Translations under genes and position numbers: made by a program
The notes under the pieces: model-generated
What the model saw: only the letters and a program-made list of their open reading frames with translations
Databases searched by the model: none
What the model was told of the DNA's origin: nothing
Assembly: GCA_963739985.1 (NCBI GenBank)
Contig: CAVUCE010000015.1
Location: forward strand, 6,990 to 70,989
DNA length: 64,000 bases
Origin: an uncultured Ignavibacteriales bacterium
Lineage (GTDB): Bacteria > Bacteroidota > Ignavibacteria > Ignavibacteriales > Ignavibacteriaceae
Reading direction: 5' to 3'
Shown: positions 1 through 9,661 of the stretch, piece by piece
How the letters are laid out: the number at the start of each line of letters is the position of its first letter
Position numbering within the stretch: position 1 is the first letter of the stretch

Positions 1-383
1 CTTGACGCCTGGTTAATTTCAATCTTTCTGCTATCAGAATAAATCTTATTATTTAAAGCTATTCCGGTTTTTATATTTTCTGAAATTTTATAAGCACCTG
101 ATAAGTTTAATGAATGTTCATCGCGAATACTTTTATCAGATGATCGGACTAAAGTAGAGTTATAATCTTCTAACGCGTTAAATAAAAAATTGGATGAACT
201 TAGATAGTAATGAAATTTTGAATTGAGTAAGTATGTATTTAATTGTTTATCAAATTTTGTGGAAAGTATATTCAAAGGTTTTTCTACCGGAATAAATTCC
301 AAACTGTCGCTTGATGTTTGAGCGGCCAATTTAGAAAACCAAACCATCGATAAAATAAATATTATTATGATGTGTTTATTCAA
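1..383 (-). CDS. hypothetical secreted protein, N-terminal part only (gene runs off the left edge)
   Basis: Hand translation of the minus strand from TTG at 381-383 stays open to position 1. It reads (M)NKHIIIIFILSMVWFSKLAAQ-TSSDSLEFIPVEKPLNI..., a signal-peptide-like N-terminus. It is absent from the ORF track because no stop lies in the window. Confidence 0.4.
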   Translation of the reverse strand, partial: MNKHIIIIFILSMVWFSKLAAQTSSDSLEFIPVEKPLNILSTKFDKQLNTYLLNSKFHYYLSSSNFLFNALEDYNSTLVRSSDKSIRDEHSLNLSGAYKISENIKTGIALNNKIYSDSRKIEINQAS

Positions 384-462
384 AGACAATTTCTTCCGGT
401 AAATTATATTTGATGTGAAAGATAAAGATACAATTTAGAAAAGTCACGGTTTACAAATTAAT

Positions 463-1441
463 CTACTGTTTTATCATGAATTTATAAAGCGGACTAACGC
501 TGTTCGGTTCAGCTGTATTATGGGAATAAGTTACAATCCGCCAATAATACTTTACTCCGCTCGAAAGCGACGGTCCATGATAGTTTATGTATATTGTATC
601 ATTAATAGTATTAGAAGAAAATTCATATTCCCAAATTGAACCAATAAACTGATTATCTTGCAGTACTATTTTATAATCAGCAGGTTTCCGAACGGCTAAA
701 ATTTTGAAGTCATTAAAGTAACCGGTTTCTGAATTATTACCCGGGAAAAGAAGTTTAGGAATTCCAAATATTTGATCACTTACTTCGTCACTTTCTTTGC
801 TTTTTAAATTCCCTTGATCTACGGCTTTTACTTTATAATAATATTCATGATATAAACTTAAATTAATTGTATCTGTAATATTGATAGTCTTTTGTGAAGG
901 CTAAAAAATTCGATGAATCTGCAGTAAACCCGGATAATGTATCTTTATAAATATTGTATCCCATCACATCGCTTTCCGAATTTGGCGACCAATTTAAATA
1001 AACTGAAAATTCACCTTCCCAATTCCTTGCGTTGATTTGAATAAGCCTGGGAATAGAAGGCGGATATTTGTTTAAGGGTCTTGCTGAAACCGGAAGAGTG
1101 GGAAGGCTTTCTTCATCAAAATTGTCTAAAGCGGTAATTTTGTAGAAGTACGTTGAATCATATGAAAGCGAATCATCAAAATAATAATCGTGTTTCGTAA
1201 TATAGATTTTTTGATAGTTTAATGAATCTGAACTTCTGTAAATATTATATCCTTTAAGGCTTTTCTCGGGATTATTATTCCAGGCAATCGTCACTTCTCC
1301 GTCGGAAGCATAATAAACATATAAACCCGTCGGAACAGATGGTGGAATTCCCGTTTCAGTTTGAGTAGGTTCAACCGGACGCCGGCAACCGGTTATTATG
1401 AAGATGATAACGAGCAATATGTTAAATATATTTTGCTTCAA
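463..1441 (-). pseudogene. FN3-repeat lipoprotein, apparently split by a 1-nt frameshift near 895-905
   Basis: ORF 863-1441 begins with a lipoprotein-type signal (IIFIITGC) and contains FN3-like strands (YFYKITALD). Below its stop, another minus-strand frame stays open to TAG at 463-465 and has no possible start codon. That frame reads ...QKTINITDTINLSLYHEYYYKVKAVDQGNLKSKESDEVS..., which continues the same repeat type. Confidence 0.55.
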
Positions 1442-1642
1442 TTAGTGATTTAATTCAAAGTTCAATTTTAATTCGGAACACAAATTAAAAATAGTTAGTT
1501 TAATAATTACAAAAAAGTCCAATAAAAGCTAGTTTTACAACATTTTGATGAAATTAGAAATAAAGTTAGGTGTGTTCCTTTAAATTGACAATAAATCAAT
1601 TTTTGGATAACTTTGGCAGATAAAAAATAAAGAATCGTTACA

Positions 1643-2011
1643 ATGCTTGAACAATATATACCAGTCTTTTTAGTAATATTGGTGGCTATGGGTTTTGCCG
1701 GAGCCACGGTATTCTCCTCAAAGATATTCGGACCACAGAGACCGAACGAAGAAAAACTTTCAACTTATGAAAGCGGAATGAAACCGGTCGGAACAACAAG
1801 AGAGAGAGTTTCGGTTAAGTATTATTTGGTAGCAATGTTTTTTATTATCTTCGATTTAGAAGTGATTTTCGTTTATCCTTGGGCTGTGGAATTCAGGAAA
1901 ATGTTTGCCGAAAATGGAATTTCTGTCTTTTTTTCGATGTTAGTGTTTTTGGTAGTTCTTGAATTAGGATACTTATATGCGTACAAGAAAGGTGGATTTA
2001 AATGGGATTAG
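1643..2011 (+). CDS. nuoA: NADH-quinone oxidoreductase subunit A
   Basis: 122-aa three-TM protein with YESGMKP...[13 protein letters not shown], typical of NuoA/ND3. It is first in a nuoABCDEF-order cluster. Confidence 0.9.
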   Translation: MLEQYIPVFLVILVAMGFAGATVFSSKIFGPQRPNEEKLSTYESGMKPVGTTRERVSVKYYLVAMFFIIFDLEVIFVYPWAVEFRKMFAENGISVFFSMLVFLVVLELGYLYAYKKGGFKWD

Positions 2012-2523
2012 AAGCGAAGTTAAAACAAGACGGATTTTTAACAACAACTGTAGACGCGCTTGTTTCTTGGTCTAGAAAAAATGCTGTATGGCCTATGCCT
2101 ATGGGTATTTCTTGCTGTGCGATCGAAATGATGGCTGTCGGTGGCGCTAAATACGATATTGCTCGTTTCGGATCGGAAGTAATGAGATTTACACCTCGCC
2201 AATGCGATCTAATGATTGTTGCCGGTACGGTTACTTATAAAATGTCTCATGTAGTGAAAAAGATATACGATCAAATGCCCGATCCTAAATGGGTGATTGC
2301 AATGGGTGCCTGTACATCTTCGGGTGGAATGTATAGATCATATTCTGTTGTACAAGGTATTGACCAATTTTTACCGGTGGATGTTTATCTTGCCGGATGT
2401 CCGCCGCGTCCTGATAATTTATTAAATGCTCTTCTTCAGATTCAAGATAAAATCGGAAGATCTAAGGCGAGTGATTTTCAGGATAAACCTTTACCTGAGT
2501 TAACCGTTTTACAAAATAATTGA
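2002..2523 (+). CDS. nuoB: NADH-quinone oxidoreductase subunit B
   Basis: N2 cluster cysteine motifs are present: [18 protein letters not shown] and LAGCPPRPD. The start overlaps the end of nuoA. Confidence 0.93.
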   Translation: MGLEAKLKQDGFLTTTVDALVSWSRKNAVWPMPMGISCCAIEMMAVGGAKYDIARFGSEVMRFTPRQCDLMIVAGTVTYKMSHVVKKIYDQMPDPKWVIAMGACTSSGGMYRSYSVVQGIDQFLPVDVYLAGCPPRPDNLLNALLQIQDKIGRSKASDFQDKPLPELTVLQNN

Positions 2524-3017
2524 TGTATATGGAATTTAAAGAAACTATTCTTACAAAATTAAAAGAAAAATTTCCGGATGTAGAATTTGAATCTGTTGAA
2601 TATCGCGGAGATCTTTCTATAAAATTAAAAAAAACTCAAATTCTGAATGTTTGTAAATTCTTAAAAGAAGATGCTGATATGGCTTTTTCTTTATGCGAGG
2701 ATGTAACAGCAGTAGATTGGGCTAAGAGAACTGATAGATTCTCAGTGATTTATATAATATTTTCAATGAAGAATAAATTTCGTCTTCGTTTAAAAACCGA
2801 TGTTGATGAATCTGATATAACCGTGGATTCTGTAACATCAGTTTGGAAAAGCTCTAATTGGGCTGAGCGCGAAGTTTATGATATGTACGGAATAAAATTT
2901 AATAATCATCCTGATCCGAGAAGAATGTATATGCCTGAGGATTTTGAATATCATCCTCTTCGTAAGGATTTTCCTTTAACCGGTATTCCGGGTTCATTGC
3001 CTCTTCCAAAGAAATAA
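2523..3017 (+). CDS. nuoC: NADH-quinone oxidoreductase subunit C (30-kDa subunit)
   Basis: NWAEREVYDMYGIKFNNHPDPRRMYMPEDF matches the NuoC signature region. The ATG at 2523 overlaps the nuoB TGA. The ORF track uses TTG at 2520, and ATG at 2529 is also possible. Confidence 0.88.
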   Translation: MYMEFKETILTKLKEKFPDVEFESVEYRGDLSIKLKKTQILNVCKFLKEDADMAFSLCEDVTAVDWAKRTDRFSVIYIIFSMKNKFRLRLKTDVDESDITVDSVTSVWKSSNWAEREVYDMYGIKFNNHPDPRRMYMPEDFEYHPLRKDFPLTGIPGSLPLPKK

Positions 3018-3026
3018 AGATAAATT

Positions 3027-4280
3027 ATGCAAAGATTAACTAAAGATGATGTTCATCCAAAAATAATTGAAGCATTGCTTGGCGCTGATACCGATATAAC
3101 AATTGATGACGCGCTTGAGAATGAAATGATTTTGAATATGGGACCGCAACATCCTGCTACTCACGGGGTTTTAAGAGTGTTGTTACGTCTTGACGGTGAA
3201 ACTGTTATGGCTGCGGTTCCGGAACTTGGCTATCTTCATAGAGGATATGAAAAGATGGCTGAGAATATGTCCTACTATGAATTTATACCTCATACTGATC
3301 GGCTCGACTATCTTTCCCCGATGGCAAATAACGTAGCATGGGTTTTGGCTGTTGAAAAACTTGCCGGAATTGAAGCTCCTCCAAGAGCTCAATACATCAG
3401 AATGATGGTCGCCGAATTAGCCAGGATAGCATCTCATCTTATTGCGATGGGAGCGCTTGCAATGGATGTTGGAGCGTTAACTGTTTTTCTCTGGACTTTG
3501 AGAGAAAGAGAAAAAATTCTTGATATTTGGGATATACTTTGTGGTGCAAGATTTACGAATAGTTATACTCGTATTGGCGGTGTCGCAAATGATATTCAGC
3601 CTGAAGCCTTAGCTAAGGTAAAATGGTTTATAGAGCAATATGAAGAAAATTTGGATGAGTGTGAGAGACTTCTAAATACTAATAGAATTTTCGTTGAACG
3701 TTTGGATGGAATCGGTCAGATTTCTGCCGAAGAAGCTATCAATTTAGGAATGACCGGTCCCAGTTTAAGAGGAAGCGGAGTCGAATTTGATTTAAGAAGA
3801 ATGACTCCTTATCTCTTTTATCAGGATATGGACTTTAAAGTTGTTACTTATAATGAAGGTGATGCGCTTTCAAGATATTTTGTAAGAGTTGATGAAACCA
3901 GAGAAAGCATAAAAATAATTCGTCAAATTATAGATAAGATGCCTCAAGGAGATATACTATTAAACTCACCAAAGAAAGTACTGCCAAAGAAAACAGAAAT
4001 TTATTCAAGAATGGAAGAACTCATTCATGATTTTATGATTGTGAATTTTGGTATCAATCCTCCGGAAGGCGAAATATATCATGCTATTGAAGGTTCCAAA
4101 GGAGAGTTAGGTTTTTACATGGTAAGTAAGGGTGAAGGTCATCCTTGGAGGTGTAAAATCCGTTCACCCTCGTTTGTAAATCTTGGTTCACTTGCCAACC
4201 TGGTTAAAGGTCATATGATTTCTGACGTTGTAGCGATTATCGGTAGTATTGATCCGATTATGGGTGAAGCAGATAAATAA
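3027..4280 (+). CDS. nuoD: NADH-quinone oxidoreductase subunit D (49-kDa subunit)
   Basis: NMGPQHPATHGVLRVLL and the C-terminal IIGSIDPIMGEADK are canonical NuoD motifs. Confidence 0.93.
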   Translation: MQRLTKDDVHPKIIEALLGADTDITIDDALENEMILNMGPQHPATHGVLRVLLRLDGETVMAAVPELGYLHRGYEKMAENMSYYEFIPHTDRLDYLSPMANNVAWVLAVEKLAGIEAPPRAQYIRMMVAELARIASHLIAMGALAMDVGALTVFLWTLREREKILDIWDILCGARFTNSYTRIGGVANDIQPEALAKVKWFIEQYEENLDECERLLNTNRIFVERLDGIGQISAEEAINLGMTGPSLRGSGVEFDLRRMTPYLFYQDMDFKVVTYNEGDALSRYFVRVDETRESIKIIRQIIDKMPQGDILLNSPKKVLPKKTEIYSRMEELIHDFMIVNFGINPPEGEIYHAIEGSKGELGFYMVSKGEGHPWRCKIRSPSFVNLGSLANLVKGHMISDVVAIIGSIDPIMGEADK

Positions 4281-4313
4281 TATTACATTAAGATATAAAT
4301 AGAATCTTGTAAA

Positions 4314-4796
4314 ATGGAATTTAAATTCACAGAAGAAAATCTCAAAAAAATTGATGATGTATTAAAAAAATATCCGGTTAAAAAACCGGCTGTTATGCCT
4401 GTGCTCTATATTGCTCAAGAGCAAAACGGATACATATCAAATGAAGTAATTAATGAAGTTGCAAAGATATTGGAAATTACTGCTGAGGAAGTACTTGGTG
4501 TAGTAACTTTCTATACAATGTATTTTCAAAAACCAATGGGTAAACATCATATCCAGGTTTGTACAAATGTATCTTGTATGCTTCGCGGCGCTTATCCTAT
4601 TTGGGATAAAGTAAGAGAAAAATTGGGAATTGAAAACGGCGGAGTTACTGCGGATTCGCAATTCTCTTTAGAAGAAGTTGAATGTATGGGATCTTGCGGA
4701 ACAGCGCCTATGATTGCTGTGAATGAAGATTATTACGAAAATTTGGATGTTCAAAAAGTAGAAGAAATTTTAGAATCTTTAAAGAATAAGAATTAA
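4314..4796 (+). CDS. nuoE: NADH-quinone oxidoreductase subunit E (24-kDa, 2Fe-2S)
   Basis: Cysteine pattern VCTNVSCMLRG ... ECMGSCGTAPM, and position between nuoD and nuoF. Confidence 0.9.
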   Translation: MEFKFTEENLKKIDDVLKKYPVKKPAVMPVLYIAQEQNGYISNEVINEVAKILEITAEEVLGVVTFYTMYFQKPMGKHHIQVCTNVSCMLRGAYPIWDKVREKLGIENGGVTADSQFSLEEVECMGSCGTAPMIAVNEDYYENLDVQKVEEILESLKNKN

Positions 4797-6119
4797 ATGG
4801 AAAAAATAGTCTTACCCGATATTAAGGATTTGCATCTTTTAGAAGTTTATAAAAAAAATGACGGTTATACCGCTATTAAAAAAGCTCTTTCGCAATCTCC
4901 TGATGATATTATAGATCATGTGAAAAAATCCGGTTTAAGAGGACGTGGTGGCGCTGCGTTTTCTACAGGATTAAAATGGAGTTTTATGCCTAAAACTTCG
5001 GATAAGCCAAAATATCTATGTATAAACGGAGATGAAAGTGAACCAGGTTCTTTTAAAGACAGACAGATTTTTGAATTCAATCCGCATCAATTAATTGAAG
5101 GTATTTTGATTGCAAGTTATGCAATTCAAACTAAAACAGCTTACGTATATATCAGAGGCGAGTATCATAAATGGATAAAACTATTGCAAAAGGCATTAGA
5201 TGATGCATACGCAAATGGTCTTGTCGGCGAAAAGATGAAAGAAACTTACGGAACTGATTTTAGCTGTGATATATATATTCATAAAGGCGCCGGCGCATAT
5301 ATTTGCGGAGAAGAATCTTCATTAATGAACTCTCTTGAAGGTAAGCGCGGATATCCAAGAGTTAAGCCTCCTTTCCCGGCACAAAACGGATTGTGGGGTT
5401 GTCCTACTACAATTAATAATATCGAAACACTAACAAATGTTCCACCTATTATAAATAAAGGCTGGGAATGGTTCTCAAAAATTGGCGAACCCAAACATCC
5501 CGGAACAATATTGTATGGCGTAAGCGGACATGTGAACAAGCCGGGAATTTATGAATTACCTTCAGGAACCTTGTTGACGGATATCATTTACAATTACGCG
5601 GGTGGAGTTCCGGGTGATAAAAAAATTCTTTGTGTTATTCCGGGCGGCTCTTCAATGCCGCCACTCCGGGGAGATCAGCTTGAAGGCGTAAAAATGGATG
5701 CGGAATCTTTGAAAGCTGCAGGTTCTTCAATCGGTACTGCTGGAATCATGGTTATGGATGAAGATACCGACTTAGTAAAAGTATTAGCACGAATTGCTAA
5801 ATTTTATCATCATGAAAGCTGCGGACAATGTACTCCTTGCCGTGAAGGAACAGGTTGGTTAGAAAAAATATTGAACAGAATATTAAGAGGCGAAGGTTCT
5901 ACTCACGATCTCGATCTTTTAATTACTGTTGCAAACAACATTGAAGGAAACACAATTTGCGCTTTGGGTGAAGCAGCTGCCTGGCCTGTAAAATTTATGG
6001 TGAATAGATTTAGAGATTATTTTGAAAAGAGAGTGAGTCAAAAAGCAGATATCCATGTTATGAATAAAGTTCACTCGATGAGGCATACAGCAAATCCGAT
6101 AGCTGATATCAAAATCTAG
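4797..6119 (+). CDS. nuoF: NADH-quinone oxidoreductase subunit F (51-kDa, FMN/NADH-binding)
   Basis: GLRGRGGAAFSTGLKW (FMN site) and ESCGQCTPCREG (4Fe-4S). No nuoG-N genes follow. Confidence 0.93.
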   Translation: MEKIVLPDIKDLHLLEVYKKNDGYTAIKKALSQSPDDIIDHVKKSGLRGRGGAAFSTGLKWSFMPKTSDKPKYLCINGDESEPGSFKDRQIFEFNPHQLIEGILIASYAIQTKTAYVYIRGEYHKWIKLLQKALDDAYANGLVGEKMKETYGTDFSCDIYIHKGAGAYICGEESSLMNSLEGKRGYPRVKPPFPAQNGLWGCPTTINNIETLTNVPPIINKGWEWFSKIGEPKHPGTILYGVSGHVNKPGIYELPSGTLLTDIIYNYAGGVPGDKKILCVIPGGSSMPPLRGDQLEGVKMDAESLKAAGSSIGTAGIMVMDEDTDLVKVLARIAKFYHHESCGQCTPCREGTGWLEKILNRILRGEGSTHDLDLLITVANNIEGNTICALGEAAAWPVKFMVNRFRDYFEKRVSQKADIHVMNKVHSMRHTANPIADIKI

Positions 6120-6139
6120 TGCTACAATAATTTTTAATA

Positions 6140-7534
6140 TTATTTCCTAGTATTTAAAAATGCTAATATGTCTTTTAGTTCTTCTTTAGTTAAAGAACTT
6201 CCGAATGCAGGCATATTTCCACCACCATTTATAATTCTTATAGTCATCTGATCTGTATTTAATCTTTCAGCAACTTTTGTAAGATTCGGTCCGCGATGTC
6301 CTCCGTCTCCTGATATTGAATGACAATATAAACATCCTTTTTTATACATTAAGCTTGCTCCTGAAATTGCTGCAGGACCAACATTGCCTATAGTTTTTTC
6401 GGGAAGTGGTTTTGCGTCAAAATTTGGAGACCATGGTGATTTTACACCTTCATACCAAAAAGTTCCTATCATGGTTAAAATGAAAATTACTATTAATATA
6501 GACCATGGACGGCGCACCGGACTTCTTTCACCTTTGTTAAATATTATTGGTAAAAGAACCAGTATTAAGCCTATGATTACTGGACCAAATGCTATTACGT
6601 ATGATTCTATTGCTCGCGGCATTAATGCAAATAAAGCAAATATCCAAAGTAGATACCAATCAGGGCGAGGATTTGAATGTATATTAGCCGGATTTGGTGG
6701 CGAACCTATTTGTGGAGGGCCTATAAATACTGCGAGAGCTATAACAGCAGCAACTACTAATAATCCAAAAGCCATATCTCTCCAAGCAGCATTCGGCCAG
6801 AATGGAACTCCTTTTTTGTCAAGCATTTCGTGATACCACTGTTTGTATGTTTTCGGTTCAACAGGTTGTCCAGCTTTGGGTGGTTCGGATATTCCATTTC
6901 GAATGACTAAATAAATATGTAATCCTATTAAACCAAACAAAATTGCAGGGATCAAAAAAACGTGAATTGCAAAAAATCTACTAAGCGTTGCTCCTCCTAA
7001 AGTTCCTCCTGCAAGTATAAAGTGAGCTAACCAAGTACCAATTACAGGAACTCTACCAGCTTGTTCTGCTCCAACTATTGCTGACCAAACACCGTTGCTA
7101 TCCCAACGCAATAATTGTCCTGTAAATCCCATACCAATAGTCAAACCTAGAAGTACAACACCGGAAATCCAACTCATTTCCCGGGGATATTTGTACGCCG
7201 CAGAAATATATACGCGTATCATATGTATTCCGATCAGAATTATCATGGCAGATGCGCCGTAGTAATGTATTCCGCGCAATATTGCACCTAATGGAACCTG
7301 GTTAGTAATATAATTGAGAGAATTATATGCAGTCTCCGATGTTGGCTGGTAGAGAAGAGATAAACCAACTCCTGTAATTACTTGTAGAATAAAAATAAAT
7401 AGAGTTGCACTTCCAAAAATGTATGTCCATCTGGAATCGGGCGGAACTAGATGTTTTGCTAATGGCTTAATAAAATCGCTTATACCTGATCGATCATCAA
7501 TCCAGTACCAAATATTTTTAATTCTGTTCATCAT
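6140..7534 (-). CDS. cytochrome b (b6 + subunit IV-like) fused to a C-terminal monoheme cytochrome c domain
   Basis: 464 aa with multiple TM segments and conserved His-bearing helices (RGIHYYGASAMIILIGIHMIRVY; FAIHVFLIP). The C-terminal soluble part carries CLYCHS (CxxCH). Confidence 0.85.
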   Translation of the reverse strand: MMNRIKNIWYWIDDRSGISDFIKPLAKHLVPPDSRWTYIFGSATLFIFILQVITGVGLSLLYQPTSETAYNSLNYITNQVPLGAILRGIHYYGASAMIILIGIHMIRVYISAAYKYPREMSWISGVVLLGLTIGMGFTGQLLRWDSNGVWSAIVGAEQAGRVPVIGTWLAHFILAGGTLGGATLSRFFAIHVFLIPAILFGLIGLHIYLVIRNGISEPPKAGQPVEPKTYKQWYHEMLDKKGVPFWPNAAWRDMAFGLLVVAAVIALAVFIGPPQIGSPPNPANIHSNPRPDWYLLWIFALFALMPRAIESYVIAFGPVIIGLILVLLPIIFNKGERSPVRRPWSILIVIFILTMIGTFWYEGVKSPWSPNFDAKPLPEKTIGNVGPAAISGASLMYKKGCLYCHSISGDGGHRGPNLTKVAERLNTDQMTIRIINGGGNMPAFGSSLTKEELKDILAFLNTRK

Positions 7535-7546
7535 ATAATTCAGTTC

Positions 7547-8056
7547 TTAAATAGTTGTAATAGGAATTGGGCTAGATAAAATTTCAACTTCATTATTTCT
7601 AATTCTAACAGGGTATTTACTTAATCCATGCGGCGGCGGACCTGAAGCATAAGATCCGTCTTTATTGTAAACACCTCCGTGACAAGGACACAAGAAAAGC
7701 TCAGCATCAGCGACCCATCTGACCGGGCATCCGAGGTGAGCGCAATTTACTGAGAATGCTGTGAACTGATTTGCTGAATCTCTTCTTAACCATGAAGCAG
7801 TCTGCGAAGTAACTCCGGACCAGGGTAACGGCGAAGTATTTTTAAATTTTACAAGTACTGTGGAGCCAATTTTATAGGTGTTAACTTTTCCTACCGATCT
7901 CCAATCTTTTGAAGTTTTTCTATAAATTGGTGCAACCATGGCACCTATTATTGGAATACTAACCAATGTTCCTAATAAAGCTCCGAAAATTGATAATACT
8001 TTTATGATGAAATTCCGTCGTGTATCCTCACTATTTAAAAATTCTAACTTACTCAT
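7547..8056 (-). CDS. Rieske 2Fe-2S subunit of the cytochrome bc-type complex
   Basis: CAHLGCPV ... CPCHGGVY Rieske boxes, and an N-terminal TRRNFI twin-arginine-like signal/anchor. Confidence 0.9.
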   Translation of the reverse strand: MSKLEFLNSEDTRRNFIIKVLSIFGALLGTLVSIPIIGAMVAPIYRKTSKDWRSVGKVNTYKIGSTVLVKFKNTSPLPWSGVTSQTASWLRRDSANQFTAFSVNCAHLGCPVRWVADAELFLCPCHGGVYNKDGSYASGPPPHGLSKYPVRIRNNEVEILSSPIPITTI

Positions 8057-8282
8057 TGTTAACAGCTCCTAGCCATCCTAAAATAGATATTACAATTGCA
8101 ACTAGTCCTACTGCGGAAATAATCAGTGATGTTATGAATCCCCAGAAAAAGAATATTACACTAAATGCCATTATTATTGGCCAATAGGTAGAGTTTGGTA
8201 TTTTTTGAGGTAGAGCCGGATGCAATTCATATTCATCAGATAAACTTTTTAATTTTGATTCATTCATAACATTATTCTCCAA
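8049..8282 (-). CDS. small 2-TM membrane protein inside the oxidase/bc operon
   Basis: 77 aa with two hydrophobic helices. The stop overlaps the Rieske start (8049-8056), suggesting translational coupling. No recognisable motif. Confidence 0.5.
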   Translation of the reverse strand: MENNVMNESKLKSLSDEYELHPALPQKIPNSTYWPIIMAFSVIFFFWGFITSLIISAVGLVAIVISILGWLGAVNNE

Positions 8283-8285
8283 ATA

Positions 8286-9113
8286 CTAGGATAAATTCAA
8301 TTTTTTATTTACTAAATTTTTTCTTTTATAGATGTCTTTATCTGCTTTGCTATACCATTTAATAAGTGATATCATTACGTTGGTTAAGTAAACAAAACAT
8401 GCCGGTATCCACATTATAAGTCCACCCATTTGTTGATCTATTTCTGAAGTTATTCCCCATTTAGAATGTATTAGATTTAATACTGCTGTATTACTTCCGT
8501 AAAGAAATTGAGCATACATGTTTGCTGGGGCGAAAGTAATAAAAATGCCGAGAATTGTACACCCGACACACGCAGTAAAAAGATATAAAGAAGCTTGAAG
8601 AGCTTGAAGTTTTTTATATTTAGTTGGTGTAAAAACAGGCCAAATAAAAATCAAACCTAGAATTAGAAGTGAGATCATCTGAAACGTTTGAAGTAATTGT
8701 GATTGCTGCATCAATTTGTATAGTTTAGGTATATGCCACAACCACATTGATCCAACACCTAATAACCAGGCTGTTATAGGGTAGAAAAGTTTGTCGCCAA
8801 TTTTTCGGATGGGAGAAATATTTATAACCTTATTAAGAAATTTATTATCGGTAGAACTTAGAAGCATCGGCGGAATTATTAGGAGTATAATAATATGCTT
8901 AATCATGTGTGCACTAAATAGATACTGAGCCAAAAAAGCGAGCGGAGAAAAAGTTGCAAGAATAAATAAAAATATTCCACCGAAGTACAAATAACTTTTT
9001 TTATTTAATTTATATCCGTTAGTTGCAAAATGAAAAACGGAAAGTAATAGTGCAATTATAAATGCAGTAGTGTTAAAGTTCCAATAAGAAAAAAATAAAT
9101 TCATCGTTGTCAT
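8286..9113 (-). CDS. ctaG: cytochrome c oxidase assembly factor CtaG (caa3-type, membrane)
   Basis: Polytopic 275-aa protein with SAHMIKHIIILLIIPPMLL, the motif typical of Caa3_CtaG-family proteins. It sits directly after oxidase subunit III. Confidence 0.7.
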   Translation of the reverse strand: MTTMNLFFSYWNFNTTAFIIALLLSVFHFATNGYKLNKKSYLYFGGIFLFILATFSPLAFLAQYLFSAHMIKHIIILLIIPPMLLSSTDNKFLNKVINISPIRKIGDKLFYPITAWLLGVGSMWLWHIPKLYKLMQQSQLLQTFQMISLLILGLIFIWPVFTPTKYKKLQALQASLYLFTACVGCTILGIFITFAPANMYAQFLYGSNTAVLNLIHSKWGITSEIDQQMGGLIMWIPACFVYLTNVMISLIKWYSKADKDIYKRKNLVNKKLNLS

Positions 9114-9661
9114 AAAATTGCTCCAAGATAAACTACGCTAAAAACAACAATCCAGACTATATCAACAAAATGCCAATAAATTGTTGCTGATTCGAAAAAC
9201 GTTTTTTCAATAGTTTTAAATTTTTTGGTGTAAAAAATTATTGCTATTAGCAAAAGAATTAATAATCCAATTAAAACATGTAAGCCGTGAAAACCAGTGA
9301 GAGTATAAAAAGCTGAACCAAAAACGTTTTTACTTATTGTGATATTTAAATTAATTAGTCTTGAATATTCACTTAATTGTCCGAAAAGAAATATACCGCC
9401 TAGTAAAATTGTCGCTGTCAACCAACCTAACATAGCATTTCTATTTCCAGATTTTAACTTTTTAGATGCTATTTCAATAGTAATACTGCTAGCAATTAGC
9501 ATAATTGTAAAAATTGAAGTTTTCTGATAATCCAGATATTTCGCGGAAGCCGATAGATTACCTCCGGAGCGGCTATAAAAAACATAGGAAATTATCAAAG
9601 CTATAAAAAAGAAAGCTTCAGAACCTATGAAAAGCAGCATTAAAATTCTGTTTTTATTCAT
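9110..9661 (-). CDS. ctaE: cytochrome c oxidase subunit III
   Basis: 183 aa, 5 TM, TGFHGLHVLIGLL motif. It overlaps the neighbouring genes at both ends. Confidence 0.85.
   Translation of the reverse strand: MNKNRILMLLFIGSEAFFFIALIISYVFYSRSGGNLSASAKYLDYQKTSIFTIMLIASSITIEIASKKLKSGNRNAMLGWLTATILLGGIFLFGQLSEYSRLINLNITISKNVFGSAFYTLTGFHGLHVLIGLLILLLIAIIFYTKKFKTIEKTFFESATIYWHFVDIVWIVVFSVVYLGAIL

Noticed and set aside
1507-1707. 66-aa minus-strand ORF overlapping the nuoA start
   Set aside because: It is antisense to and overlaps the nuoA 5' end and its promoter region. It has no motif and is likely spurious.
6384-6833. 149-aa plus-strand ORF
   Set aside because: It is antisense to the cytochrome b gene, whose identity is secure. 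It has no motifs.
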